Positions 40,139 to 51,143 of a stretch of 64,000 nucleotides of DNA are shown here, one piece after another. Location of the stretch: positions 14,070 through 78,069 of the forward strand of contig CAYQIY010000005.1 in the NCBI GenBank assembly GCA_964417635.1, read 5' to 3'. Below the pieces are notes generated by a model that saw only the letters and a list, made by a program, of their open reading frames with translations, had not been told where the DNA came from and did no database searches. Position numbers and translations under genes: made by a program. This DNA comes from an uncultured Pseudomonadota bacterium (lineage in GTDB: Bacteria > Bacillota > Sulfobacillia > JAUYEF01). The first letter of the stretch is position 1, and every line of letters starts with the position of its first letter.

Positions 40139-41434
40139 TCAGTTCTTCGAGAGCACTGATGCGACGTCTTCGGCTTCACAGTTAGTGAACGGTAAGGGAT
40201 CATATGCTGCTCCTGTTCTGGCCCCGCGGAAGACTCTGCCGCTCTTTATGACTGCTGAAATCTTTCTCAAGGCACTGATATTCTGAAGCGGATCACTTTC
40301 TACCACAACCAGATCAGCGGCTTTTGCTTTGTGTATCGTGCCTGTACGGTCGATGACACCGATCGCTTCTGCGGCGACGGAGGTGGCGCTCATCAAAGCC
40401 TGCTCAGGAGTCATGCACGCGTGGCAGAAGAGCTCAAGCCCGGTAACGTAGTCACCAAATCTGCTAATCGCGTCCGTTCCGGCAACTACTGTAACACCGG
40501 CATCCCACATCCTCTGCAGATTCTCCAGTTTTCGCTCGAGCTTGTATCGCGAAGCGTGTGCGACCCGTTGCTCTGCCTCAGACAACGTGCGTTTGCCAGC
40601 AAAACGTTTTACCGCACCATAAGCAGTCTGTATTGTCGGTGAATAGTATATGCCTTGCGAAATCATCTTCTCAACAAGGTCTGGCCTGTAAGTTCGCGTT
40701 CCGTCAGGTTCTTGGAAGCCTGCGTGCTCAATACAGTGTATGCCACCTTCAATGGCGCGCTCGATTGACCCGGTGGCTTCGCAGTGGGCTGTGGTGAGCA
40801 TTCCGAAGTCTCTTGCGATGTCGGTCGCTGCCCTTATCTCCTCTACCGTATACGAAGGTATCTTGGGATCGGTGCCCCTTGTACCTCCGCCGCTTGCCAT
40901 CAGCTTGAAAAAGTCCGCGCCATCTTTTATGAGCTGGCGACAAGCTTTACGCACTCCCTCGACACCGTCGGCTTCTTGATTACACCACCAGAAATGGCCT
41001 CCGGTGATCGTCAGCGGCCGTGCAGAAGCGAGAATTGTAGGACCTTCTAAGAGTCCAGATGTGATGCCTCTCTTGAGCGAGACTACCACATTGTTTCGTC
41101 CGCCACAGTCTCTCAAGGTGGTGACGCCAGCCGCCATATGTGTCTGCGCGTTTCGAGCAGCACGCAACAGCATGATCTCATCGTCATCCTGGCTCATGTA
41201 ATCTTCGTACTTTCTGCCTGCGTCTCCGAAAACGAGGTGTGCATGCACGTCTATCAGGCCGGGTGCCATCCAGCCGGTGGAAAAGTCCAGATACTCTCCT
41301 TCTACTTCACCAAAATCGGCGCGCCTGCCGAGTTCATGTATGGTGTCACCTCGTATGACGATCCTTGCCTCACGAATCAGTTCGGCTTCGCGTCCCGTCC
41401 ATATAGCGCCTACATCGATTGTGAGTATCAACAT
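40139..41434 (-). CDS. metal-dependent amidohydrolase
   Basis: MAPGLIDVHAHL HxH motif; chosen start Met51 (MLILTIDVGAIWTG) at ~41434, preceded by AAAAGGGTGA; ORF-track start 41584. Confidence 0.75.
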   Translation of the reverse strand: MLILTIDVGAIWTGREAELIREARIVIRGDTIHELGRRADFGEVEGEYLDFSTGWMAPGLIDVHAHLVFGDAGRKYEDYMSQDDDEIMLLRAARNAQTHMAAGVTTLRDCGGRNNVVVSLKRGITSGLLEGPTILASARPLTITGGHFWWCNQEADGVEGVRKACRQLIKDGADFFKLMASGGGTRGTDPKIPSYTVEEIRAATDIARDFGMLTTAHCEATGSIERAIEGGIHCIEHAGFQEPDGTRTYRPDLVEKMISQGIYYSPTIQTAYGAVKRFAGKRTLSEAEQRVAHASRYKLERKLENLQRMWDAGVTVVAGTDAISRFGDYVTGLELFCHACMTPEQALMSATSVAAEAIGVIDRTGTIHKAKAADLVVVESDPLQNISALRKISAVIKSGRVFRGARTGAAYDPLPFTNCEAEDVASVLSKN

Positions 41435-41510
41435 ATCACCCTTTTCTGAACAGCAGGACAGGGCGAACGCCGCCCTATCCCGCCGTTCGGCTGTGTTTGG
41501 TTTGGGAGGG

Positions 41511-43199
41511 CTATGGATCCATCGATACCTCATTGATGAAAGCGAGCCATCCACTGCCTGATGCAAGCCGGTAGCCTTTGACATTCTTTCGGAAGGCCAT
41601 CATACCCGCCCGCCAGAACACTACCAACCCGGGAAGTTCTTCGTGAAGGATCTCCTGCATCTCCCAGTAATACTGCTGCCGCTTGTCCTGGTCTGTCTCG
41701 GCTCTGCCGAGTTCAAGAAGCTCATCCATTCTGGGATGGCTCCAGTTGTAGTAGTTGTTGTATGCCATTTCTGAAGAATGGTGTCGGCGCCACATTTCGG
41801 GGTCTGGGTCAAGAGGCATGCCCCAGTTGATGAATGTGACGTCCGGACCTTTGGCGTCGTACATAATATACATCTGCTCAGCAGAGGCACGAGTCGCAAC
41901 TTTGGCATTGATGCCGAGATGTCTTAGGTTTTCCTGGAAGATTACGTTCATGAAGGCTCGCTCCACACCCACAAACGTACCGAGCTCAAATTCGAAGGGC
42001 TCGCCCTTCTGGTTACGTAACACTCCTTTGTCGTCCAGTCTCCATCCCGCTTCGTTTAATAGCTGCATAGCCTTGCTTGGGTTGTAGGGGTATGGCTTGA
42101 TGTTTGGGTTATGTGCCCATCCCCGAACGGGCGGTATAGGTGACCATGCCACGGTCCCCAAGGGGCCGAGGTACTCGCGCACGGCTCTCTCTTTGTCAAT
42201 GCCATAGGCGATCGCCTGTCTCACCCGCTTGTCTGCCCACAGCGGGTGGTCACAGATGAACTGTATCGTGCTGTAGCCGGTGGCGGGAGTGGTGATGGCG
42301 TTAATGTCCGGATGCTCATCAAACTTGGTGAACATTTCGAGAGTGGTAACACCCATACCGTGAACCGTGCCTTTCTCGAGTTCGAGCCCCTGGACGGTGA
42401 CGTCCGGTATGATGCGGTACACCACCCCTTTGAGACCAGGTTTCCCAAGGTGATAATCGTCGAACGCCTCGTAGAATAGTGCTTCGTCCCGCTTCCACTG
42501 CACCAGCTTGAAGGGTCCCGACCCGACGGGCTTCTGGTTAAACTCTGACTGCTCCATGTTCTCGAGGTCCTTCTCCAATAGGTGTTTGGGAACAATCAGA
42601 CGCTGGACCAGCGAGATCATCAGGAATGGTGCATAAGGTTGAGAAAGCCTGAATTTCACGGTGTGTTTGTCCACTGCCACAACCGGGTTGAAGTCGCTAA
42701 ACGGGCGGGGATTCTTGGTGTCGGTGATCTCCGCATAACCCATAAGCGCCCACAACTCGGTCTTGTAGCGCGATGGTACTTTGGGGTGCATGTGTGCCAT
42801 GAAAGTGAAGACCACGTCATCGGCTGTTACTGGCGTACCGTCGTGCCACTTTGCGTTCTCATGGAGCTTCACTGTGTACTCCATTCCGTCTTCGCTTATA
42901 GTGTAGCTAGTAGCTAGTTTGGGTACGATCTGGTTGTTCTCATCCAGGTTGAAGAGGGAGTCAAACATCAGTCTGTTGTTTCTGGTGTCTTGACCTGCTT
43001 TCTCAAGGATCGGGTTTAGCCACACTGGGTCATCTCGCTCGGCAAATATGAGTGTTGCGCGCGTGTCCTTGGTCGGTTCCGCTTCCTTTGGTGCGGGAGA
43101 GGGCGCGGGCGTGGGTGTGGGCTGTGCACAGCCAGCGAGCATTGTTGCCAGAAGCAGCATTGCTATCATGAATGCGTGCTTCTTGAGCGGTGCTCTCAC
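41511..43199 (-). CDS. ABC transporter substrate-binding lipoprotein, family 5
   Basis: Lipobox LLATMLAGCA, SBP_bac_5 architecture. Confidence 0.85.
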   Translation of the reverse strand: MRAPLKKHAFMIAMLLLATMLAGCAQPTPTPAPSPAPKEAEPTKDTRATLIFAERDDPVWLNPILEKAGQDTRNNRLMFDSLFNLDENNQIVPKLATSYTISEDGMEYTVKLHENAKWHDGTPVTADDVVFTFMAHMHPKVPSRYKTELWALMGYAEITDTKNPRPFSDFNPVVAVDKHTVKFRLSQPYAPFLMISLVQRLIVPKHLLEKDLENMEQSEFNQKPVGSGPFKLVQWKRDEALFYEAFDDYHLGKPGLKGVVYRIIPDVTVQGLELEKGTVHGMGVTTLEMFTKFDEHPDINAITTPATGYSTIQFICDHPLWADKRVRQAIAYGIDKERAVREYLGPLGTVAWSPIPPVRGWAHNPNIKPYPYNPSKAMQLLNEAGWRLDDKGVLRNQKGEPFEFELGTFVGVERAFMNVIFQENLRHLGINAKVATRASAEQMYIMYDAKGPDVTFINWGMPLDPDPEMWRRHHSSEMAYNNYYNWSHPRMDELLELGRAETDQDKRQQYYWEMQEILHEELPGLVVFWRAGMMAFRKNVKGYRLASGSGWLAFINEVSMDP

Positions 43200-43297
43200 G
43201 ATATCCTCCTCCTATACTCATGATTATCAAGCATGCTTTTGCGGACGCAAGACCGGGCATTCCAGCTTGGAGTAAACCTCTGGTTTATCGCCTCCTC

Positions 43298-44152
43298 TCA
43301 TGAACCGATAAGTTTGGGATCGAGCGCGTCTCTGACGCCGTCGCCGACAAGATTGAATCCAAGCACGGTTATCAAGATTGCTAACCCAGGGTATGCCGGT
43401 GCCCACATATTGGTAGTGAGGAATCGTTGAGCATCGGCAACCATGTTGCCCCAGCTTGGAGTGGGAGGCTGGGCGCCTAGCTGCAAGTAGCTCAACCCGG
43501 CCTCATATCCTATCGCTTGACCAAGAAAGAGGCTTGCCTGGACTATTATCGGAGCGGCTATGTTGGGCAAAATGTGCTTATACACCATCCTAAGATGCGA
43601 ACAGCCGATGGCTTTGGCTGCCTCCACGTAGCCGAGCGACCGCGCTTGAAGCGCTCCGGCCCGAGCTAGCCTTGCGGTGCCCGTCCAGTTGACAAATCCG
43701 ATCACCAGTACTGTGTTGGTTAGACTAGGGCCAAACAGTGCAACAACTACGATCATCAAGAAGAGCGATGGGACTGCCATGAATATGTCTGTAATTCTCA
43801 TCAGGATAGAATCAGGCGCACCTCCGAAGATGCCAGCGGTCAGTCCGACCACCGTACCGATGCTTACTGCCAAGAAAGTCGCACTAAACCCGACCAGGCA
43901 CGAGACGCGAGTACCCATTATGATTCTTGAGAGAACGTCACGGCCGAACTCGTCAGTTCCGAGTCGGTGCTCACTGCACGGAGGCTGCAGGCGATGCTCA
44001 AGACGTTGCACCCTGTAATCATGAGGTGCGAGCCATGGCGCGAAAAGCGCGATGACGAGGAACATGATTGTAATCGCAAGTCCCACCACCGCGGCGCCGT
44101 GCTTTCTGAATCTTTTCCAGAAATCTCGCAGGCGTGGGATAATCGTAGTCAC
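43298..44152 (-). CDS. ABC transporter permease, DppC/OppC-like
   Basis: Paralogue of 6779..7636. Confidence 0.85.
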   Translation of the reverse strand: MTTIIPRLRDFWKRFRKHGAAVVGLAITIMFLVIALFAPWLAPHDYRVQRLEHRLQPPCSEHRLGTDEFGRDVLSRIIMGTRVSCLVGFSATFLAVSIGTVVGLTAGIFGGAPDSILMRITDIFMAVPSLFLMIVVVALFGPSLTNTVLVIGFVNWTGTARLARAGALQARSLGYVEAAKAIGCSHLRMVYKHILPNIAAPIIVQASLFLGQAIGYEAGLSYLQLGAQPPTPSWGNMVADAQRFLTTNMWAPAYPGLAILITVLGFNLVGDGVRDALDPKLIGS

Positions 44153-44166
44153 TGTAGGTCACCCTC

Positions 44167-45138
44167 TCAGTTGTATGTGATTCGTGGGTCAACGACTGCG
44201 TAGAGAAAGTCAACAACGATTGTGGCGAGTAGTGTAGCCACTGCTATCACCATTTGGACGGCCATTACTGTGGCGTAGTCTCTTCGCGAAATCGCAGTTA
44301 CGGCCAACCGACCGAGCCCCGGCCACGCGAAGACTGTCTCAATCAGCACTGAGCCACCGACAAGCACACGCAGAAACATGCCGATCCAAGTTACAAGCGG
44401 GATCATCGCGTTCCGTAACGCGTGCTTATAAAGCACGACGCGTTCTGTAAGACCCTTAGAGCGAGCTGTCCGAATGTAGTCTTCACGCATTACCTCGAGG
44501 ATGGCAGACCGTGTGAACCGCATGTATCGGCCTATAGACATTGTTGCGCTCGTCAAGACAGGCAAGACCAGGTATGGCAGACGGTCCACCCAAGTGACTT
44601 CTAGCGCGACCGGCCCCATGCCGGACATGGGAAGCAAGCCCAGCCATAGGGAGAACACAACTATGAGCATAACTCCGAGCCAAAACGAAGGAAAGCATAT
44701 CCCTGTGAAAGCCAGGAAGGTGAGAATCTTGTCCGCGGTTGAGTAACGCCTAACAGCACTGTAAATGCCCAGAGGGAGTCCCACCAACACAGACACTAGA
44801 AGGCTAGTTCCGCTGAGCACCGCGGTGTTGGGTAGCCTTTCGAGTACAAGAGTCATAACCCGTACGCCTCCGACGCTTGTTGTGGAAACACCGAAGTTCC
44901 CCCTAGCGGCATTAGAAAGCCATGTCCAGTACCTGACCAGAATCGGTTTGTCAAGGCCGAACTCCCTGCGTATATGCTCGACTAACTCAGGTGCGTAGCG
45001 TTGGAGGTCACCGATGACCACGTATTCAGGGCCTCCGGGCGCCATGTTCATCAGGATGAACAGAAGCAAGGATATCCCTATAAGCATGGGCACTACCATC
45101 AGCAGCCTGCGGATCATGAATTTTGACAGTCCGGACAT
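44167..45138 (-). CDS. ABC transporter permease, DppB/OppB-like
   Basis: Paralogue of 7647..8621. Confidence 0.85.
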   Translation of the reverse strand: MSGLSKFMIRRLLMVVPMLIGISLLLFILMNMAPGGPEYVVIGDLQRYAPELVEHIRREFGLDKPILVRYWTWLSNAARGNFGVSTTSVGGVRVMTLVLERLPNTAVLSGTSLLVSVLVGLPLGIYSAVRRYSTADKILTFLAFTGICFPSFWLGVMLIVVFSLWLGLLPMSGMGPVALEVTWVDRLPYLVLPVLTSATMSIGRYMRFTRSAILEVMREDYIRTARSKGLTERVVLYKHALRNAMIPLVTWIGMFLRVLVGGSVLIETVFAWPGLGRLAVTAISRRDYATVMAVQMVIAVATLLATIVVDFLYAVVDPRITYN

Positions 45139-45245
45139 GTGCCTTCCTCCTGCTTGGTGTTCAAGCGACCGAAATCAGGCTCATACAAACGATCTGAGCA
45201 CTATCTTCGCCCATCTGCTTACCGCAATGACAACACTCTTAAAGA

Positions 45246-46355
45246 CTACTCTTGACAGGCACTGATCAATGCGTCAGTGACTGTATGCATGTATTCATCG
45301 GTGATTCCGGTGAAGAAGGGCAGAGAGAGTGTTGTTGCCTCAAGCCGGTATGTCTCTGGAATGGAATCGATACCGCCGCCGGCGTACTTCAAGTAACCGG
45401 GCATGCGGAATGGGAGTTTGTAACTAGTACCGGCACGCACGCCTTGCTCGATCATCCGTTTCCTGACCTTATCTCTCGATGGAACACGGACTGTGAACAT
45501 CTGATAAGAAGACACACGGTCACGCGGAAGTGACTGCAATGTTACGCCTCTTGCAGGCGACAGCATTTGCCTGTACAACAGCGCTTTTTGGTGTCTAAGC
45601 GCAATCCACTCGTCCACGTGGTCAAGTTTGAGACGCACTGCCAGCGCATTGATCTCGTCAAGGCGACTACTCACACCGACGAAATGGGCGGGTTCACCCT
45701 CCCTATCTCTTCCATGGTCTCTCATGCGGTGGGCAATCCTGGCCACCTCCTCGTCATCTGTGACTATCGCACCACCGTCACCCATCGCGCCGTTTACCTT
45801 ACTAGGGTTAAAGCTGAAACAACCAGCGATACCGAAGCTCCCAACCGGATAGCTCTTGTAGCGAGCGCCGAACGCCTGCCCGCAACACTCAATCACATGC
45901 AGTTTATCCCCTGCCACTGCCAAGAGATCATCAAGGTCTGAGGGAAGACCGTAGGCATGCACCGCGAGAATTGCACGCGTTCGCTTGTTGACTGAGTTGA
46001 GTGCTTTCGAGGGATCAAGAGTCCAGGTGTCGGGCCTCACATCAACAAAACGCGGAATAGCGTTGTTTCGCAAGACTGTCTCTAGTACAGCCACGCAGAT
46101 GTTGGCTGGCAATAGCACTTCATCATTAGGCCTAACGCCAAGCGCCTTCAGCGCAATGTAGATCGCATCTGTCCCGCTACCGACCCCGATCGCGTATTTC
46201 CGCCCGGTGTACTCGGCGAGCGCCTTCTCTGTCCTTTCGAGTTCTTCCCCGAGTACAAGCTTCCGGCCATTTCTGACCATGTCATCGATGCCAGCTAACA
46301 GCCGCTCACGCACAATCTCATACTCATATGAAGCATTAGTTGCAGGCATAGTCAT
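45246..46355 (-). CDS. DegT/DnrJ/EryC1/StrS family PLP-dependent aminotransferase
   Basis: FSFNPSKVNGAMGDGGAIVT around the PLP lysine; start at Met83 (MTMPATNAS) 9 nt after AGGAGG; ORF-track start 46601. Confidence 0.75.
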   Translation of the reverse strand: MTMPATNASYEYEIVRERLLAGIDDMVRNGRKLVLGEELERTEKALAEYTGRKYAIGVGSGTDAIYIALKALGVRPNDEVLLPANICVAVLETVLRNNAIPRFVDVRPDTWTLDPSKALNSVNKRTRAILAVHAYGLPSDLDDLLAVAGDKLHVIECCGQAFGARYKSYPVGSFGIAGCFSFNPSKVNGAMGDGGAIVTDDEEVARIAHRMRDHGRDREGEPAHFVGVSSRLDEINALAVRLKLDHVDEWIALRHQKALLYRQMLSPARGVTLQSLPRDRVSSYQMFTVRVPSRDKVRKRMIEQGVRAGTSYKLPFRMPGYLKYAGGGIDSIPETYRLEATTLSLPFFTGITDEYMHTVTDALISACQE

Positions 46356-47045
46356 TGCTGTTTGCCTCCTGCTATCAGGAATCAACACTCCCGGAGCCAG
46401 AAGAACGACCAGACTACAACGAACTCGTTTTGTGGATGGCCTGTGCTTGGCGTGTATCGGAGATGGATTGCAGCTAGTAGTGAAGACTGACCGAATACAA
46501 TTCACTCTATGTGTATCATGTAATTGGATTTGAGGCCTCCCTTTTCCTTCGCTGGCGAGGCAAAATGTTATGAAGTTTTCAATTAGTGCTTCTACAGGCA
46601 AGATAGAATTAATAGTCTCCAGAGCATATGCAGTATCAATGAACGCGTGGGTATTGTCACAGTAGAGTGCGCAATCAGAGCGTTGCGAGTATTCCGGCGG
46701 ACTCTGCTAGGCGTGCGGTTCCAGCATTCGCAAAGTCTGGCTTCCTGCTCGTTTGGCCTCGAGCTCTTGCGTGTTCTGCTTGACACTTAAGGAAACAGGC
46801 GGGAACGGTCTTGCGTCAAGCAGTCAGCTCATGATCTGAGCAATAGTGTGTTGACCTTTTTCTGAGTCACCTAGACACACAAGTACTGCTGTTTGGGCCG
46901 CGCGTAGCGCCAATAGACTCTGGGCGATGATTCTGTCACGCTGCGGTGCATAGAAGCACTTGATCGTTTGGAGCAGGATTGGCAGATTGGCTTCAGAATA
47001 TCCCCCTATGCAATGTGTCGACTGACGTCCATGCAGGAGGGTCAC

Positions 47046-48677
47046 ATGCTTACTAATGCACAACTAATCGCTGCCGCACTCAAAGAGCAAGGTGTGCAAT
47101 ATGTTTTCGGAGTGCCTGGTGGAGAAGTGTTAGACCTCATCGAGGCGATGCAAGAGATCGGGATAAGGTTTGTGCTTGTGCGGCACGAGAGCGCCGCCGC
47201 GTTTATGGCTGATGCGCTGTTCTGCCTTACCGGGATACCTGGGGTGGTGCTGACCACACTCGGACCCGGAGCAGCTAACGCAATGCTTGGGATGGCAAAC
47301 GCCTATCTTGAGAGATCGGCCGTCATAATCCTCACGGGCAATGTGTCAACGTCGCAGCTGCCGCCGTACACCCACCAGGTAATAGACGTGGAACGCATGT
47401 TTGCACCTGTGTGCAAGTGGTCTCACACGCTGAGCGCGGAAAGCGCGGCAAGTGCCGTGCGCAACGCAGTCAACATCGCGCTTTCGGGTGTGCCTGGGCC
47501 TGTTCACCTAAACGTGCCCATGGATGTAGCCAAGAAGCCCGCAACGTCGGTGTATGCGGGCTTGTCCGGTAGAGTTGTGTCAGACACACAGATGGCTCCT
47601 GGTTCAGAACAGTGCATTGTCGAAAGACTGCGCTCTGCCAGCAGACCATTGGCAGTTGTTGGAGTCGGTGCGCTGCTTTCGGGCTCAGCGCATGAGTTAA
47701 AAGAATTCGCAGAGGCGTGGCAGGTACCGTGCGTAACCACTTATAAGGCGAAGGGAATAATCCCAGAAGACCACCCGCTGAGCCTCGGCGCTGCTGGCCT
47801 GAGCGGAGTGGTGGATAAGAAGGTGTTCGGTCTAGTTGAGCGTTCCGACCTCATCTTGACTATCGGCTTCGACGCAGTAGAGATGAGGAGCGCGTGGGTT
47901 GACTGCTGGCCTGCTGAAAAGGTCGTCAGGTTGGACGAGACAGCAGACGTACACCTTGTGTACGGCTCAGGTGTTGAAGTCGTTGCGCACTTGCCCTCGG
48001 TTCTTGCGCAGCTCACACACGCCGCGAAGAACAGAGAGTATGTGCGAGAGCCCTCGCCTCGGGCCATCTGCAGGGCACACAGAGAAGATGTTAGTTCGTG
48101 TCTTGCGGCAGCAGCCAGGTGCGGCCAAGCAGGTATGAGTCCGTATGCGGCTATAAGGGTGCTGCGCGAGGTGTTCCCCAAAGACACCATTGCGACAGCG
48201 GATACCGGTGCACACAGGATACTGCTTAACCATGCGTGGGACTGCTACCAAGCGCCCGGGCTGCTGCAGTCCACAGGACTAGGCAGCATGGGGGTGGGAA
48301 TGCCTTACGCGGTGGGCGCAAAGATTGCCTCTCCCAATAGGCCGGTGGTTGCGTTCGTGGGCGATGCGGGTCTTTTGATGTATCCGGGTGATCTTTCAGT
48401 CGCCGTAGAACTGGGGCTTGCAATAACCGTTGTTGTGTTCTCGGATAATGTGCTGAGCCTTATTGCGCTGAAGCAGCAACGCGAAGCCAAACAAGAGGCG
48501 GGAGTGCGCCTCGGGCGCACCGATTTTGTGAAGCTCGCTGAGGCTCTGGGTGGTACGGGCACTAGCGTAAGCACCGAGCACGAGCTTCGCACGGCGGCAC
48601 AACAGGCACTCAAGAGCGTCGGAGTTAACTTAATCGAGGTGCGTATTGATCCTACAGAATACGGGGCACAAGTCTAA
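47046..48677 (+). CDS. thiamine-pyrophosphate enzyme, acetolactate-synthase-like
   Basis: N-terminal GVPGGEVLDLIEAM pyrimidine-binding domain; GDAGLLM TPP-binding motif; start ATG 47046 after GGAGGG. Confidence 0.75.
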   Translation: MLTNAQLIAAALKEQGVQYVFGVPGGEVLDLIEAMQEIGIRFVLVRHESAAAFMADALFCLTGIPGVVLTTLGPGAANAMLGMANAYLERSAVIILTGNVSTSQLPPYTHQVIDVERMFAPVCKWSHTLSAESAASAVRNAVNIALSGVPGPVHLNVPMDVAKKPATSVYAGLSGRVVSDTQMAPGSEQCIVERLRSASRPLAVVGVGALLSGSAHELKEFAEAWQVPCVTTYKAKGIIPEDHPLSLGAAGLSGVVDKKVFGLVERSDLILTIGFDAVEMRSAWVDCWPAEKVVRLDETADVHLVYGSGVEVVAHLPSVLAQLTHAAKNREYVREPSPRAICRAHREDVSSCLAAAARCGQAGMSPYAAIRVLREVFPKDTIATADTGAHRILLNHAWDCYQAPGLLQSTGLGSMGVGMPYAVGAKIASPNRPVVAFVGDAGLLMYPGDLSVAVELGLAITVVVFSDNVLSLIALKQQREAKQEAGVRLGRTDFVKLAEALGGTGTSVSTEHELRTAAQQALKSVGVNLIEVRIDPTEYGAQV

Positions 48678-48692
48678 CGCGGTTCGGGAGGT

Positions 48693-49832
48693 ATGTGCGG
48701 CATGCTTTTATCCAAGAAAGAGCTGGGACTTGAGTTTCCTCTCACTAGAGAGTACGTGTACTTCAACACGGCTGCATCAGGGCTGGTGCCGCAGCGCACC
48801 ATCAGTTGCATGCAGCAATTCTGGCAAGACGCTGCGTATCCGTATAGCCTCGTAGCCAGCACGCGCTCTCGAAACGGTGAGTCCACAAGACAGAAGATGG
48901 CGCGGTTTATCGGGGCGGGAGAAGATGAAGTTACGTTTGTAACGAGCACGGCGCACGCGCTCTCTCTGGTGGCGGCGTGCCTGCCACTCGGCCCGAAAGA
49001 CGAGGTGCTCATTCCGGCCAACGAGTTTCCTGCGGTGGTGTACCCGTTTCTTCACGGCCAACAGACAAGAGGTTACAGCGTAAAAATGTTGGACTGGTCG
49101 GAGTACGGACCTTCTGTGGAACAGATAGAAAATGCTATTACTCCGCGCACTCGGGTGCTCGCACTCAGTTGGATTCAGTACCTGAACGGCTACACACATG
49201 ACCTCGCGCTGATTAGCGAGGTGTGCAAGAAAAGAGGCACTATACTTGTGGTCGACGCAATTCAAGGTCTTGGTGCGATACCTATCGATGTTAAGGCGTG
49301 CGGGATAGATGTCATGGCGGCGGGTTCGTTCAAGTGGCTGATGGCGGGTACAGGGCTCGCGACGCTCTACGTCTCCCGAGACGTGCAGCCGTTACTGAAT
49401 CCGGTGATGTACAACTATAAAGGAAACAACACAGATGCACTTGATCCAGGTTTTCGGTTGAACCTGCATCCGGATATTCGCAAGTTCGAACTTGGGTCTG
49501 AAAACCATCCGGGGCAGAGGGCGCTAGGCGCATCGGTTGCGTTCCTGGAATCGCTGGGTGTGCAGAGAATAAGTGAGCACAATAGCTCGCTTGCACAGCG
49601 TATCAGGCTTGAACTCATACAACTGGGCTATCAAGTGCGCACGAGGCAGAACGAGGTCTCGCCAATTGTGACGTTCAGCTGCGGCAGCCGTGAACAAGAT
49701 GAGCGTCTTCTTGCAGAACTCGAAGAGCACAATGTGCTCACATGCCTAAGGGGGCTCGGCATCAGGATTGCGCCGCATCTCTATTCAACGCAAGAAGATG
49801 TGGACAGACTTGTTGAGGTGCTCACACGCTAA
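48693..49832 (+). CDS. class V aminotransferase (cysteine desulfurase/selenocysteine-lyase-like)
   Basis: AAT_V fold, conserved SFKWLMAGTG lysine region; alternative ATG at 48702. Confidence 0.75.
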   Translation: MCGMLLSKKELGLEFPLTREYVYFNTAASGLVPQRTISCMQQFWQDAAYPYSLVASTRSRNGESTRQKMARFIGAGEDEVTFVTSTAHALSLVAACLPLGPKDEVLIPANEFPAVVYPFLHGQQTRGYSVKMLDWSEYGPSVEQIENAITPRTRVLALSWIQYLNGYTHDLALISEVCKKRGTILVVDAIQGLGAIPIDVKACGIDVMAAGSFKWLMAGTGLATLYVSRDVQPLLNPVMYNYKGNNTDALDPGFRLNLHPDIRKFELGSENHPGQRALGASVAFLESLGVQRISEHNSSLAQRIRLELIQLGYQVRTRQNEVSPIVTFSCGSREQDERLLAELEEHNVLTCLRGLGIRIAPHLYSTQEDVDRLVEVLTR

Positions 49833-49846
49833 GGTGCAAGTCCATG

Positions 49847-49881
49847 ACAGGCTTGGAGTCAAACTCCCAGCCTGTTTTTTT
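49847..49881 (+). terminator. rho-independent terminator
   Basis: ACAGGCTTGGAG-tcaaa-CTCCCAGCCTGT (11/12 bp) followed by six or seven T residues, 14 nt after stop. Confidence 0.8.
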
Positions 49882-50206
49882 CGAGCACACAGGTACAAGA
49901 ATTGATGCTCTTCGACACATGATGCAGGGTTTTGGAAGGAAATGGCTTGTGTTCGACGAATTACGTAAGTCAACCGAGTGCAAAGTGATGGCAGCAGCCG
50001 GCCGATTGCCTGCACAAGCAGCACCCCATAACTGCTGCAACCCATAGCATAGCCAGAATGCAGCGTGGACGACCGGGAAACAAGCAAGCCTTGGGGGTGG
50101 GCTCATGGTGGCCGGACCAAAAGACCCGGTACAGCGATGCAGCGCAAACGGCCTGCCGGAATGCACACCTCGATGTTGTGAGCTGCCGTCATGCGAAGCC
50201 TCTGGC

Positions 50207-51133
50207 ATGCGCGTCGCACGTCTGCATTATAGAGAACAGATCCTCGAAATCGCGAGCAAACTTGCGCGGCTTGGTGGCTGGGTGGTAGACCTTGCCGAAA
50301 ACCGGGTCGTGTGGTCAGACCAGACAGCAGAAATCCACGAAATGCCGCACGGATATTCTCCCAGCGTAGAACAGGGCATATCTTTTTACGCGCCTGAACA
50401 CAGGAGCAGAATAACAGAGGCGTTCAGCGCGTGCGCCAACGAAGGAAAGCGCTATGACGAAGAACTGCAGATAATCACGAGCACCGGAAGACGTGTATGG
50501 GTTCGTACTATCGGCATTCCGGTGCGAGACGATACCGGCAAGATAGTACGTGTTGAAGGCGGCTTTCAGGACATAACCGAGCGTAAGCGTATAGAAGCTG
50601 CTTTGCGCGAAAGCGAGACTTTCACACGCACCGTGCTAGATCACTTGCCTATCGGGGTTGCGGTCAACAGCGTGGGCGCGGACGGAAGGTTCTCCTATGT
50701 GAACGACAATTTCGTGAAGATATACCGCACTACAAGAGAAGCGCTATCCAGACCCGGTGCGTTCTGGGACGTGGTATACGACGATGCTGCGCTGCGAGAA
50801 CAGTTGCGAAAACGGGTTAGGGAGGACATAGCGAGCGGCGACCCATCGCGTATGGTGTGGCAAGACATCGAAATATGCCGCGAGGGAGAACCAACCACTT
50901 ACGTGAGCGCAAGGAACTACCCCATACCCAACGGGCCATGGGTTATCTCGATGGTTTGGGACGTGACGCAGCGCAAGATGGCTGAAGACAAGGTGAGAGA
51001 GCAGATCGGTGAGCTCAACAGGTGGCACCGGGTGACGCTCGGGCGTGAGGCGCGTATCCTCGAACTGAAGCGAGAAGTGAACCAGCTTCTTGAACAGCTC
51101 GGCAGACCTGCGAAGTATTCAAGCGCCGAGTAA
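50207..51133 (+). CDS. PAS-domain sensor protein without output domain
   Basis: Two PAS-like segments and C-terminal coiled coil; start chosen at Met35; weak RBS. Confidence 0.5.
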   Translation: MRVARLHYREQILEIASKLARLGGWVVDLAENRVVWSDQTAEIHEMPHGYSPSVEQGISFYAPEHRSRITEAFSACANEGKRYDEELQIITSTGRRVWVRTIGIPVRDDTGKIVRVEGGFQDITERKRIEAALRESETFTRTVLDHLPIGVAVNSVGADGRFSYVNDNFVKIYRTTREALSRPGAFWDVVYDDAALREQLRKRVREDIASGDPSRMVWQDIEICREGEPTTYVSARNYPIPNGPWVISMVWDVTQRKMAEDKVREQIGELNRWHRVTLGREARILELKREVNQLLEQLGRPAKYSSAE

Positions 51134-51143
51134 GAGAGGTGGA

